Shown here piece after piece: positions 26,716 through 38,095 of a DNA stretch of 64,000 bases. This DNA is from Lama glama. Lineage: Eukaryota. Below the pieces are notes generated by a model. That model worked only from the letters and a program-made list of their open reading frames with translations, searched no databases and was not told where the DNA came from. Position numbers and translations under genes: made by a program. How positions within the stretch are numbered: position 1 is the first letter of the stretch; each line of letters opens with the position of its first letter. The stretch is from contig CM052817.1 of NCBI GenBank assembly GCA_028534125.1, forward strand, positions 37,202,001 through 37,266,000. The letters are read 5' to 3'.

Positions 26716-27648
26716 GTGGGTCACTATTGTTTTAAATCACATCTCATGATCAAAATGCTCTTTTAAAATATTTGCACTTAGAGAATTTGTTTCTATAAGA
26801 AAATTCCTACATTATAAAATGTTTCCATATATCAATAAATTATTTGGGTGGGGAATATTTACTGTGTGCCCATAGATGCTCAGTGTATGATCTGCTGCAT
26901 ATAGACGTTAATGGGAGATGAGTATTAGGGAAAAAGCAGTTAAAATAAACTATTCTGAGTTATATTTGCAAAAGACAAACTAAAGAAAAATATTATTGAA
27001 TTCAAATAATATATATCAGCTTTTTTTTCCTGTGCCCATCTAATTATTATTATTGAAATTAGATTTTTTTTTAACTGGTTACTGGAAGTGAATTAATTGC
27101 AGAGCCATGGATAAATTGTTAGGAGACTTTAAAAAGTCACTTTTCTTCTGATTATGAGTTTATAAATGCTTTGGGGGGGAAATATGAAAACATGTTTTAA
27201 TAAAAGATAAAAATCATCTGTAATCCAAACACCTAGAAATAGTTAACGTTTTGGTATGGAATATTTCCAATTTTTATTTCATTTAGAATAAAAGTTTGAT
27301 TTATTGTATTAAGAGTTTTATATTTTTATATAGCATAAGAGCATTTTTTGATTTTATTAAACATTCTTTGAAAGGATGATGAGTGATTTCATTTACTAAG
27401 TAATAAAAAGTTGGGACATCTAAGGGTGGGATAATATTTGAACATTTAAATAACTTGTAAAACAGCATGTCTCAGGTATTAGTAGAAACTCACATTTTCA
27501 TTTGACTACGGAAGTGAAGACATAATGTTGAGCAGAAGAATATGTGTTAAATTAATTTATCATACTATTTTAATTATATATTGATATATATAAACACCAT
27601 TATCAATTTATTTATTTGTAATCAAGTGAATACTTCTCTTTTTGGCAG

Positions 27649-27760
27649 GTAAAGTGTATGCAGTGGGTGGACATGATGGAAATGAACATTTAGGTAGTAT
27701 GGAGATGTTTGATCCTCTCACTAATAAATGGATGATGAAGGCATCAATGAACACAAAGAG
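27649..27760 (+). CDS. KLHL8: KLHL8 coding exon 5, Kelch repeat 2
   Basis: Not in the ORF track, read manually. Acceptor TTTGGCAG|; (G)KVYAVGGHDGNEHLGSMEMFDPLTNKWMMKASMNTK+AG (112 nt); donor GAG|GTAGAT. Confidence 0.96.
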
Positions 27761-28040
27761 GTAGATCAGCATGGAAATTTATTTTGATTTGTTGGTGGAA
27801 AATAAAGCTTCCTGTAATTGAAAGGGCTAATTTTTTACTTTTTAGAAACTGTTAAAGCATCCAATGTGATACTTTTTATAACGTTTAAATTTTTCCTGAA
27901 AATTAAGAATAGAATCATGTCTTTGAGTATGATGATTGTCATAGTTTTCACTTACACCTCAGTGATTATTTTTTAACTTTAACTTTGAAATAATTTTAGG
28001 TTTTCAGAGAAGTTTTAAAAATAGTTGAGTTCCTATGTGC

Positions 28041-28275
28041 TTATGGTTCTCAACTGAAGATAATTTTGCCCCCTCTGCCCCCCACTTGGCAATGTCTGGA
28101 GACATTTTTTGCTTGTCACAACTTGAGGGCCAACAGGTTGGGGGAATTGCTGTTGGCTTCTAGTTGGGCGAGGCCAAGGGTGCAGCTAAAGATCCTATAA
28201 TACACAAGAAAGCCCCCTACAGCAAAGAATTACCCGGCCCCAAAAATTAATAGTGCCAAGACAGAAATCCTACTG
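28041..28275. mobile_element. MER20 hAT-Charlie relic
   Basis: TGGTTCTCAAC...TTTTGCCCCC...TTGGCAATGTCTGGAGACATTTTT...GCAAAGAATTACCCGGCCCCAAAA.TTAATAGTGCCAAG. Confidence 0.85.
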
Positions 28276-30917
28276 TAAACTCTTCACCCAGCTCCCGTAA
28301 TACGAACATCTTACACCATCTTAGCACGATTATTGAAACTAGGAAATTTGAAACTAGGAAATAACATCAATGTAATGCTGTTAATTAATCTGTAGACCTT
28401 ATTCAACTTTTGCCAATTTTTCTGCACATTCTTAGGCTTCTAATTGGTCTTTCTTTCCTAACTGTATTGGCTCATAATCTAATATAGTGTGAATGGTGGC
28501 AGAGGTGGTAGATGTTTTTGTCTTGTCCTTGATCTTCATAGAAATGTCTCTAGTGTTTCCCTATTAGGTAAGATACTAGCCTTAGGGTTAAGGCATATGT
28601 ATTTTAGCATGTTAAGAAAATATCTTTCAATTTCTATTCACTATTTTTTTAATCATTATGAGCAGTTAATATTTAAAATATTCATCCATAATAAATTGAC
28701 ATATATATTGATAAGTAGATCAGTCTCTTTAGAGGAGAAAGATTTTTAGTAACATGACTTAGGAAATGCTGACTAGCTTTGAATACCAAATTTTCAGATG
28801 TCTTAAGATAGAAGAATAGCTAATATCATATGACTAAATCAGGATTCAATAGCATAGTACATCAAACATATTCTAGATCTACAGGCAAAACCTAAAAATA
28901 CTTAAATTAGAGTTACAGGTTAAAACCTGCTTTAGATATTAAAAAAAATTGCACCACTACAACATGGTGAGAAGTCAAATTTGTGATTATGTTTCATATG
29001 GAAAAAATACCTGAACCAATATGAAGCACAGTTCTTAGAAAAGGAGGGAAATGAACATAATACAGTTGCCTGCATTAAGAGAAGTAAAGCCTTTGGACCA
29101 AGGGAGATTGTAGTTGTCCTGTTCTTTATGCTGATCCTGTCTGTATCTGGAGCTGTGGTCTCTTGCTGGGATATGCAACACCAATTGGAATATGGGAATA
29201 AAAAAATTAGACTCTCAATATATTTTTTTATTTCATCCTTAAATTTATTTTGTGTGGGCGTTTTATAATGAACATAACCTGTTAGTACAGTAATAAATGT
29301 TTATAATTTGAAAATGATTATGGGGGTGCACAAAAATTGATATAAATGTAGGAGTAATTTCATGGGATAGATATAAGGACTGACATATTAGAGATCTGAA
29401 AAGCGTTCATATAAAAAATTGTTGAAGGGGTTTGGTCTGGAGGCAGAAGTACTTGAAGGAATATCTGGATGCTTTAAGAGATGATGGAAGGAAGGAAATT
29501 CAGCAAATAGGGTGAGGATTTCAAAGACTGCACCTAATAATTTACATAAACCTAGATACTAGAATAATTCTGCCTCTTTGTTTCAGCGTGAAAATATAAT
29601 AGAAGAAAGAAAAAGAGGGGTGTTAGAGTAAATATTGAAAATATTGCTTAACAGTAGCTTTGTATACAAAAACAAAAATCAAAACATCTTTATTAAAATT
29701 TTATTGAAAAGAAACAAACCCAAATTAACAAAACCTAACCATAAACATTGACTTACGTGGTTTGCAAACTGCAACAACATTCTGTAAGAGTGAAAAAATG
29801 ACTTGTTGCCAAAGTGAGCAATTCCAAATTGAACTGCCCGCAGGGATCCATTGCCATCTAACTTTCTATTCTTGATTAATTTCACATAAAGTGTTTTTAA
29901 CTGGTTTTTCTTTATGTGTTAAAAGTATGAAAGATTAGCTGGAAATGTGAGGAGAGTTCTGCTGAAAAGAGATCTTTAGCCTTTTTTCACTCTTGAGAAG
30001 AAAGAATCTTAGGGGGAAAAGCTGGTCTTAAAATATACTACTTATCTACAAATGACATTTGAATACTTTAGTAGGCTTGATTTATGCTCCATGGTAACTA
30101 CAAATAAATAGTTTAAATTCTAACTGATGAATAAAAATGAGGGAGAAAATCCTAAAGTATATTTTTAATTTTTATATCTTTGCCTCTTTTTCATCATAAG
30201 CAGGTTTTTAGCCAAGTATTGAGTGAATTTCTCTAGCAAAATAGTTCAGTTTCTTTAATGTTTTAAGAATATGCCCTGAGCACTACAATAGCTTTCTAAC
30301 TGTATAAGAAAAAAACATAGAACTGCAATTATTTTCTCATATTATTTGCTTGTATAATTTGTACCCCCACAAACCACTGTTTCAGTGCATCCCAAGATAA
30401 TTTTCACATGTTAAGTATCTGGTTTTATTTGTTTTTTCCCCTTTTCCATCTTTCCCCTAAAATGGATACTTACATTTGCTCAAGCTGTGGTTTTACTGAA
30501 ACCCATCATCCTAACAGAGCATCTCTAGGGGTCGATTTATTTATTCAGCATATACTGGTTAAGTGCCCATTGTAAGATATACCAAGTGCTGAAGATGGAG
30601 CAATAAATAAGATAGCCAATTTCCCTATCTCTGTAGAGCTTACACTCTAAAAGGCAAGATAAAAATAAAGACATAATTACAATGGTAATAATGTTACCAC
30701 CAGGATAAGTAAAGGATAATTGGGAGCAGAGATCTTAATGAAGTCCCATTTAACCTAAGATCAGAAGCAATAGAAGAATTTAGCCTGGTTAAGTGGGTGA
30801 TGGGTAGAAGGGTGGTGGATGGAAAGTGATCAAGAGTCTTTGAAAAACTGGAGGTGAATGAGAGCAGAGAGCATGAAAGAAGTCCAGTGTGGCTGAGAAA
30901 TTAAAGGGAATAGTGTT

Positions 30918-31002
30918 GGGGGGAGGGTATAGCTCAGTGGTGAAGCACATGCTTAGCATGCACAAGGTCCTGGGTTCAATCCCCAGTACCTCAGTTTAAA
31001 AG
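30918..31002 (+). mobile_element. Short tRNA-Ala-derived SINE (tRNA head only, minimal tail)
   Basis: GGGAGGGTATAGCTCAGTGG...GCTTAGCATGCACAAGGTCCTGGGTTCAATCCCCAGTACCTC; 12-bp TSD GGGAATAGTGTT at 30906 and 31003. Confidence 0.9.
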
Positions 31003-31095
31003 GGGAATAGTGTTAAGAGGTAAGGCTGAAATAGTAGGCAAAACATAAGGGTCTTTCAGGTTTGCCAGGATTTTTTATCTGGTCGGCTTAGAAAT

Positions 31096-31110
31096 ACACA
31101 CACACACACA

Positions 31111-31151
<41 letters not shown>
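31096..31151. repeat. (CA)n microsatellite, interrupted once
   Basis: Seen directly. Confidence 0.97.
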
Positions 31152-31152
<1 letters not shown>

Positions 31153-31541
31153 TTTTGGTAGCAGGGGAATGATAGAATCACATTTTTCTCCAGAGTTCCT
31201 CTGCTTATGAGATGAAGAAGGTATTTGAGGAGGACCAGGGTGAAAAGTCTGGGGGACTGAAAGGGTTATTGTAATATTTCAGTCAAGAAAAAATGGTGGC
31301 TTGGACTCAGGTGGTAGAAGTTAAGAAAGAGAAAAGAGGACATATTTGAGAGTTCAGAAGTGTACAATCAATAAGATTTTATGATAATTATATGTGGGAG
31401 GTAGAAAGAACGTAAGGTAGAGGCAATGATGATCCTTCAGTTTCTGGCTTAAACAACTTAGTATGGATAGCGGTATGATTTTCTGCACTGGGAAGAACAA
31501 GATGGTGAATAGGATAAAATTTTTGTTTCTCTTGTAATAGG

Positions 31542-32084
31542 TGTGTTAGTTTTCTCTTGCTGTGTAACCATTTATGACAAGCTTAGCAGCTTAGAACAAC
31601 ATTCATTTATTAGGTCAGAAGTCCAGCAATTTTTACTGAGTTTTCCACTTACGGTCTCACAAGATATCTGTGTCAAGGTGTAGGCTGGAGGCTCCTATGG
31701 ACGCTCTGAGGAAGAGACTACTTCCAAGGTCGTTTAGGTTACTGATAGAATTCACTTCTATGGGATTATAGGACCGAGTTTCTCGTTTTTACTGGCTGTA
31801 GGTCAGGGGTCACTCAGCTCCTAGAAGCCACTGTGAGGTGCTTTCCAGGTGTTCTCCTCTGTCTTCAAACAACCAGCAGTTTGCAGAATTCACCTCGTTC
31901 TCTGAGTTTCTGATCTGACTTCTGCTACCAGCTGGAGAAACCTCTCTGCTTTTATAGGGCTTGTGTGATTAGATTAGGCCCACTCAGCTAATCTCCCTTT
32001 TGCCATATAATGTAGCATAATCATAGGAGTGAAACTTGAGGGTGAATATTGTTGGGGGAGATATCTTAAAATCTCCCTAGCACA
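31542..32084 (-). mobile_element. MLT1-family solo LTR
   Basis: TGTGTTAGTTTTCTCTTGCTG...CTTAGCAGCTTAGAACAAC...GATTAGATTAGGCCCACTCAG.TAATCTCCCT...GCACA. Confidence 0.8.
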
Positions 32085-34705
32085 GGGAGGTAAACAGTGA
32101 GTTTCATTTCAGATTAAAGTTAAGGTTGAAGAGCCAGGTAGATTTAAAAAGTTAGATACACATCTGGAAATATGTATCAGAGCTCTCATAAATTCATGGA
32201 AAGGATGAGATTACCTGCAGAGAGTATAGTGTGATAAGAAGTCTTAGGGAACTTTGTAATTTAGTAATAGAGTAGAGAAGAAGGCACTGTTAAAGGAAGC
32301 TGAAAAGTACCAGCCGGAGAGATAATGTAGAAGGGAACTCAAACATGTGATGCCATGAAAATCAAAAGAAGAGAGTTTTAAGGAGTAGGAAATAACCGAT
32401 GATGTCATATGCTCTTGTGTTCTGGGGGCTAGGAATTGGGGGGGAATCACATGGCACACTTACTTTCGCCATGGTATAACACTGGTATGTTCTAGAGTGC
32501 ACACGCACGAGTTCACCCACACCTGAAAGTTTATAACCACAGTATTTTGTAAGTCATTGCTTACAAGGTTGAGGAGACAAAATGAATGACAACATTATCC
32601 TTAACAATTTCTTTCCTAAGATACTCTTGGTAAACTGAAAGTTAGAATTTCAGTAGAGCAGCCCTCTCTCCAGTGATAGTAGCTAATACATAGCACAGAA
32701 TATGGGCCAGTCACTATAGTGCTTTCCTTTATTGACTCATTCGGATCAGCTGTGTCTGCTTTTTCCTCAGATGAAGCAGCAAAGTAGTACAGGTTTATAC
32801 AGTACACTTTTATCCAAAGTATACACCATGTCAGTGACGTGTAAGTTTTAGAATAGATCAAATTTTATTGCTGCAGTGTGTTAAAAAAAATTGGTATAAT
32901 TTTTTCCAGTCACCATTACAGTGAATTAGCTTTTTATTGTATCAGTAAGTTGGTTTATTAATTATAAACAGGTACTATACATTTCTTTATACTTTGATAC
33001 GTTTATCATCATTTGTATTATGAATTTATATGTATATTTTGACATTAGTAAGATACTAATAATAAAGTAAAATGGGTATGGGATATATAGGAACTCTGTG
33101 CTGTTTTTGAAACTTTTCTGTAATGTAAGTCTCTCCTGAAATAAAAAGGTTTTGAAATAGGGATATTTTCACTGGCCACTTCTCTTCTCTGTTATCTTCC
33201 ATTTCTCCAGTGTTCTCCAAGTTTTCTCATCTTGTTTCATGCTCTCTTCTACACCATGTATGGGGCTCAGCTTTATACATCTGTTAAGTACAATGAGGAG
33301 AAATTATGACTTTTGATTATGAGCGTGGGTTTTGGAGTCTGACTAACTGTTTTACTCTTAGCTCTGCTGTTTTCAAACTGTCTGGCCCTGAGTAAATTAC
33401 ACCTCATCAGCCCCATTCCTTATGTGTAAGGTGGCGTTGACTTCAGTATCAAACTCATAGTTATCTTTTTAAAGATAGTATTTTTATAGCTCTTGGCTTA
33501 TGGTACTAAACATCATAATAGTTTTATTTTCAGTTTTCTACATTAACATAGTTTCATCATTACAGGTTTTATAGACAACTACTCTCAGAGTTTGCAGAGA
33601 GGCAAGAACATGGCAATGACAGTAATGTGTAATGTGAAAATTCAAGGAAAAGACAAAGCAACTATTTGATGTTGAGATAATTGATAATAGATAATGTGAG
33701 ATTATGAGGTTAGGGTTCAAGCAGCCCCACATCATGTTCATTATTCAGAAGGCTCTGCAATAATGATAATATCAGACAAAGAGTGAGATCCTGGTTTAAA
33801 TAATGCTTTTTTCCTTTTCTGTATCTCCTTTCTGTTTAATACTAATCTCATGAAATTTAGGCCACCTGATACAGCAGAAAGACCACATGTTAAAATTTGG
33901 AAAATTACTGTTAATATTTGATGCAGCCCATAATCCAAAGGTCAGAGAAGGCTTAAATAACTCCCGTCATTTTCTAAAGGGGTTTCCCCAAAAAGCACTG
34001 CTGACCTCACTATTAAACTTCATCATTTGTTTGTTCTATTTAAGATTTTTAGGTGAATAATATTTCTTTCAATTCCTTGTTTTGGTAGACAGATTTCTAA
34101 GATGGCCCCCAAAATTCCTACCCATGTACTCACAGGACTGTGAATACAATGGGATTGCACTCTTACGAATGAATTAGCTTATAACATGGGCTAAGTCTCT
34201 TCCTTTCCAGAAAGATAAATAAATGCCCTTCAGAAGTAGAGCAATGTGATACAAAGCTTGTAATATAAAAATTGATGTTATTTTGTTTGATATAATGAAC
34301 TGCAACAAAATGTGGTCTTCAATTACATGAATTTAGTAATGAGATTGACTTCTGACCTCTCTAGCAAATCATCTGAGTTCATCAGCCTCTCATATGAAAT
34401 TGTTTTACTAATTGAATGTCTTGGACTCCATTTATAGTATTTTGTTGGGTTTTCCTTTATTATTTCATTTGAGTTTGGCATCACCTGTATAGGCTGTGCT
34501 TCATAAAACTCCAAAGGGTGCTGTTCATAGACTTGCAGTTTGGCAGCCCTGTAGCCCTCTGTTGAGAAGATATGATAAATCTAAAAATAATGGGGAAAAG
34601 CCACATTGATGTTTAACATGATGAATGGGGGCATTAGCACAATTTTTTGGCTACCTTTTTTCTGGAAACAAATCAGAATGCTAAAGTGTTTTATTATTTT
34701 TGCAG

Positions 34706-34874
34706 GCGAGGAATTGCCTTGGCCTCCTTGGGAGGCCCAATATATGCAATTGGAGGTTTAGATGACAACACTTGTTTCAACGACGTGGAGAGATATGACA
34801 TAGAATCTGATCAGTGGAGTACAGTGGCACCAATGAACACTCCCCGTGGAGGAGTCGGCTCTGTGGCTCTTGTG
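34706..34874 (+). CDS. KLHL8: KLHL8 coding exon 6, Kelch repeat 3
   Basis: Acceptor TTTTGCAG|; (R)RGIALASLGGPIYAIGGLDD...PRGGVGSVALV (169 nt); donor GTG|GTAAGT. Confidence 0.97.
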
Positions 34875-35086
34875 GTAAGTTATGTTGCAGCTTGCTCGCT
34901 GGATTGGATTGTATCACATCCCTAACCAAAAAGGAAAGACCTGTGTATTCATATCTCCAGGATGCAGATAGTGATTACACCCCAGACTCTTCCATGAAAT
35001 ACTGCTCACTCGCATATTCTAGTCTACTAGCAGAAAAACCAATTCAAAATCTAATGTCATGTGTTTTTATTTTTTTCTTTATTTAG

Positions 35087-35246
35087 AACCATGTTTATGC
35101 AGTAGGTGGCAATGATGGAGTAGCTTCTCTATCTAGTGTGGAGAGGTATGATCCACATCTCGATAAGTGGATAGAAGTTAAAGAAATGGGTCAGCGAAGA
35201 GCAGGCAATGGAGTTAGTGAGCTCCATGGTTGCTTATACGTTGTTG
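35087..35246 (+). CDS. KLHL8: KLHL8 coding exon 7, Kelch repeat 4
   Basis: Read manually. Acceptor ATTTAG|; NHVYAVGGNDGVASLSSVERYDPHLDKWIEVKEMGQRRAGNGVSELHGCLYVV+G (160 nt); donor TTG|GTAAGT. Confidence 0.97.
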
Positions 35247-37535
35247 GTAAGTGGATGGTATTTCTCTAATTTAATTTTTTACAGGACATAAACACAGTAA
35301 CACAAATTGTATTGCATTTAGGCTCAAGTGGAGTCAGTCCTAAGATCTGCTTTTGAATTCTTAAGGTTCATATTCATGCTTTTTTGTTTTCATCTCATCT
35401 TTCATGTTTAAACTCTACCTCCATATTTTTACTAAGAGTAGCAAGTAATCTGAAGTAGGGGATTACATTTAAATAAGACATTTTTTAATGTCAGGACACA
35501 GATTGAATGTGCTTTGTTAAAATAAATATTTAAAGACCTAAGACATGTTTTTCTCATCTTCATTTCAAGGGAATTATGTTGACTACTTTAAGCAAACCAA
35601 TAGGTATTTCATACGCATAATAGCTATTAGCATCTCTGTATTGCTTTCTGACTTACTATATAATAGAGTTGGAGCGAACTATAGGCAGTACTTTCTCAGA
35701 CTTTCATGTGGATAGGAATAATCTGGCGAGGCCCAGATTCTGTATTTCTAGCAGCTCCCAAGTGATAATTGGTGCTATTTCTGGTCCACTTAACACATTT
35801 CCAATAGCAAGGTTTTTAAAGAATTATGAAATGGGGATAATAATGCCTGTCTTTAAAAATTATTTTAAGACTCCAAGATGATTTATGTTAAGCATTTCAA
35901 ACTGTGTTTGTTATTTGTTACCAGTACATAGGTAGATATATTGATTGTAATTAATAATGCCTTACTTTACAAGAGGAGGAGATGAATTTGGAGAGGAGGT
36001 CGCTAGCATATGTCACACTTTCTTATGTTGATGTAAATTTGTGTTACAGAACTGAGAGTTCTTGATAAGAGAGTGGGATATTATTAGCATTTAAATGTCT
36101 GCAAATAATAGAAGTATTACTGAATATTTCAGTGCTCATGTGTATTAAACAAGAAGAGAAATAACAATTTACATCTCCCAGCTCCCTGCCTAGCATAGGC
36201 ATTGATATGTGTTGTACGTCAATAGGAGTATCACTGCTGCTGTTACTTACTAAATCTTCTGGGCCCTTATAGGTAGAACAGACATAGTAAAGATAAGACT
36301 GACTTAAGGTTGAACCTTAAAAACAAACCCTCTTGGTCATTCAAGTCCTACTTAAAACAGGTACTACCGATTTGAATAAGAAAATTTTGAAGGTAACTTT
36401 ACAGGAAGCTAATTGCATCCTACCTTTTCTGTTCTTCTGCTTTTGAGTTCTTTATTCAAAATTCATATGTATTACCTAGGAAAGTGATAGGGGGTCCAAT
36501 GAAAAAGTGGGCTAGAAAAGTATAAATACCCTGTTTTAAAAACTTAATCTTCTACATGAGCATGAGCAATAATTAAAACTAAAGCCTTTGTTACAATGAA
36601 AAAATATAGTTGTGATAGTGATGAAATTGCTACATACATTTGTTAAAATTCATTGAAATATGCACTATGATCAGTGGATTTTACCTCAGTTGATTAAATA
36701 AAATTAAACTCATTAGACTCATTAGAGAAGTTGACTTTGTTGATTTTTTTTTTTTTTTAGCTGACCTTGTTTCTAAATAGACTGGTCATAATATCAGCAC
36801 TTCCTGTCCTCAGGAAAATAGGCTTAGTCACCAGGGAGAGCTGTTACTCACGTAGACTGAGATGGAGCCTAAAAAGAGACACGTTTATTTTTAAAGGAAG
36901 GAGCACTGTTAAAAGGACAGTCTCTATGTTTAACCCTCAGGAACATAATAAGTAACATTGTTGGGATGATCTATAGAGAGGACTATCATCATCTATAATA
37001 TATAGCACGAAGATATAGTTTTGGCAAAAATCAGTAAGAATTCAGTCATAGTCCACCATCTCTGTAATTATGGCAATTATAGAACTAAGGGAAACAGTTG
37101 GAAAAGTTTAACTTAGACCTAAAAGAGTCAGATGATTTAGTGTAGTTTATTCTCTTCTCAAGCCCTCTTGCTGTTTAAAATCTAATATATACATGTATAC
37201 ACCATGAGAAGGAATCTCAGTACTGTCTTGCTTGCCTTTAGGAGGCTAAGGAAAAATTATATGAATGTTGTGGGCTTTTTTCTTTTCTCCTAAATTATCT
37301 GCTTGAATACAGGGACTCCAGTTTTTCCCACTTTAAGATTTTTAATCCTAGTGTTGAGGAGAATTTAAATTATCTTGAATTACAGAAAATGTCAAATAGG
37401 AGTTGGTAGTAGTGATAGACGGTGGGATTTTCTAAAATGTTTTGAAAAGCTTGGTTTGTAGAAGCTATTGAATTGAGATTGAATGGTTGATTTCTGTGAA
37501 AGATAATGCTATTTTAAAAATCTTTCTTCATGTAG

Positions 37536-37737
37536 GAGGTTTTGATGATAATTCTCCTCTGAGTTCAGTTGAGCGGTACGACCCTCGAAGCAACAAGTGG
37601 GATTATGTAGCAGCCCTTACCACTCCCAGGGGTGGAGTGGGGATCGCGACAGTGATGGGCAAAATCTTTGCAGTTGGTGGTCATAATGGCAATGCATACT
37701 TAAATACAGTAGAAGCATTTGATCCAGTGCTGAATAG
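37536..37737 (+). CDS. KLHL8: KLHL8 coding exon 8, Kelch repeats 5-6
   Basis: Acceptor CATGTAG|; (G)GFDDNSPLSSVERYDPRSNKW...VEAFDPVLN+AG (202 nt); donor TAG|GTAATT. Confidence 0.97.
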
Positions 37738-37971
37738 GTAATTTTTATTTTTCCTCTATGCTTTAATGGGTTCTTTCAGTAACATTACTCCAGAGTGCTA
37801 AAATGCTGCTAGATGTAGTTAATAGAAAACATTTGGGATATCTTATCTCCCCTAGGAAGCTTTTCCTGTCTTTCAAAACCAGTCCCATAATAGGGAGTTT
37901 TGTTTTGTCTTTTGAGTAAAGTAAATCATGATTTGTTTTAAGATGACATTCTTTCTCTTCTGTCTTTTCAG

Positions 37972-38095
37972 GTGGGAGCTTGTTGGATCTGTGTCTCACT
38001 GCAGAGCTGGAGCAGGTGTAGCTGTGTGTGCCTGTTTAACTAGCCAAATTCGAGATGTAGGTCATGGATCCAGTAATGTGGTTGACTGTATGTGA
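37972..38095 (+). CDS. KLHL8: KLHL8 terminal coding exon
   Basis: Acceptor TCTTTTCAG|; (R)WELVGSVSHCRAGAGVAVCACLTSQIRDVGHGSSNVVDCM, TGA at 38093-38095. Confidence 0.97.

Larger units (their letters stand above)
30540..31500. mobile_element. Degenerate L2 LINE fragments
   Basis: ATTTATTCAGCA...AAGTGCCCA...AGAGCTTACACTCTA and purine-rich L2-like text; highly diverged. Confidence 0.5.

Noticed and set aside
19802..31002. Three tRNA-Ala(AGC)-like sequences as real tRNA genes
   Set aside because: They have TSDs, A-rich tails, extra 5' G runs and substitutions or insertions in the stems. These are SINE retrocopies.
12887..37741. ORF-track extensions beyond the KLHL8 splice sites (e.g. VRLSSFF..., VGTEIRL..., MATFFLE...)
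   Set aside because: Intronic read-through. Canonical splice sites give an intact, phase-consistent protein without them.
38078..38095. C-terminal ...VVDCM as a CaaX prenylation motif
   Set aside because: The cysteine is second from last, not fourth from last.
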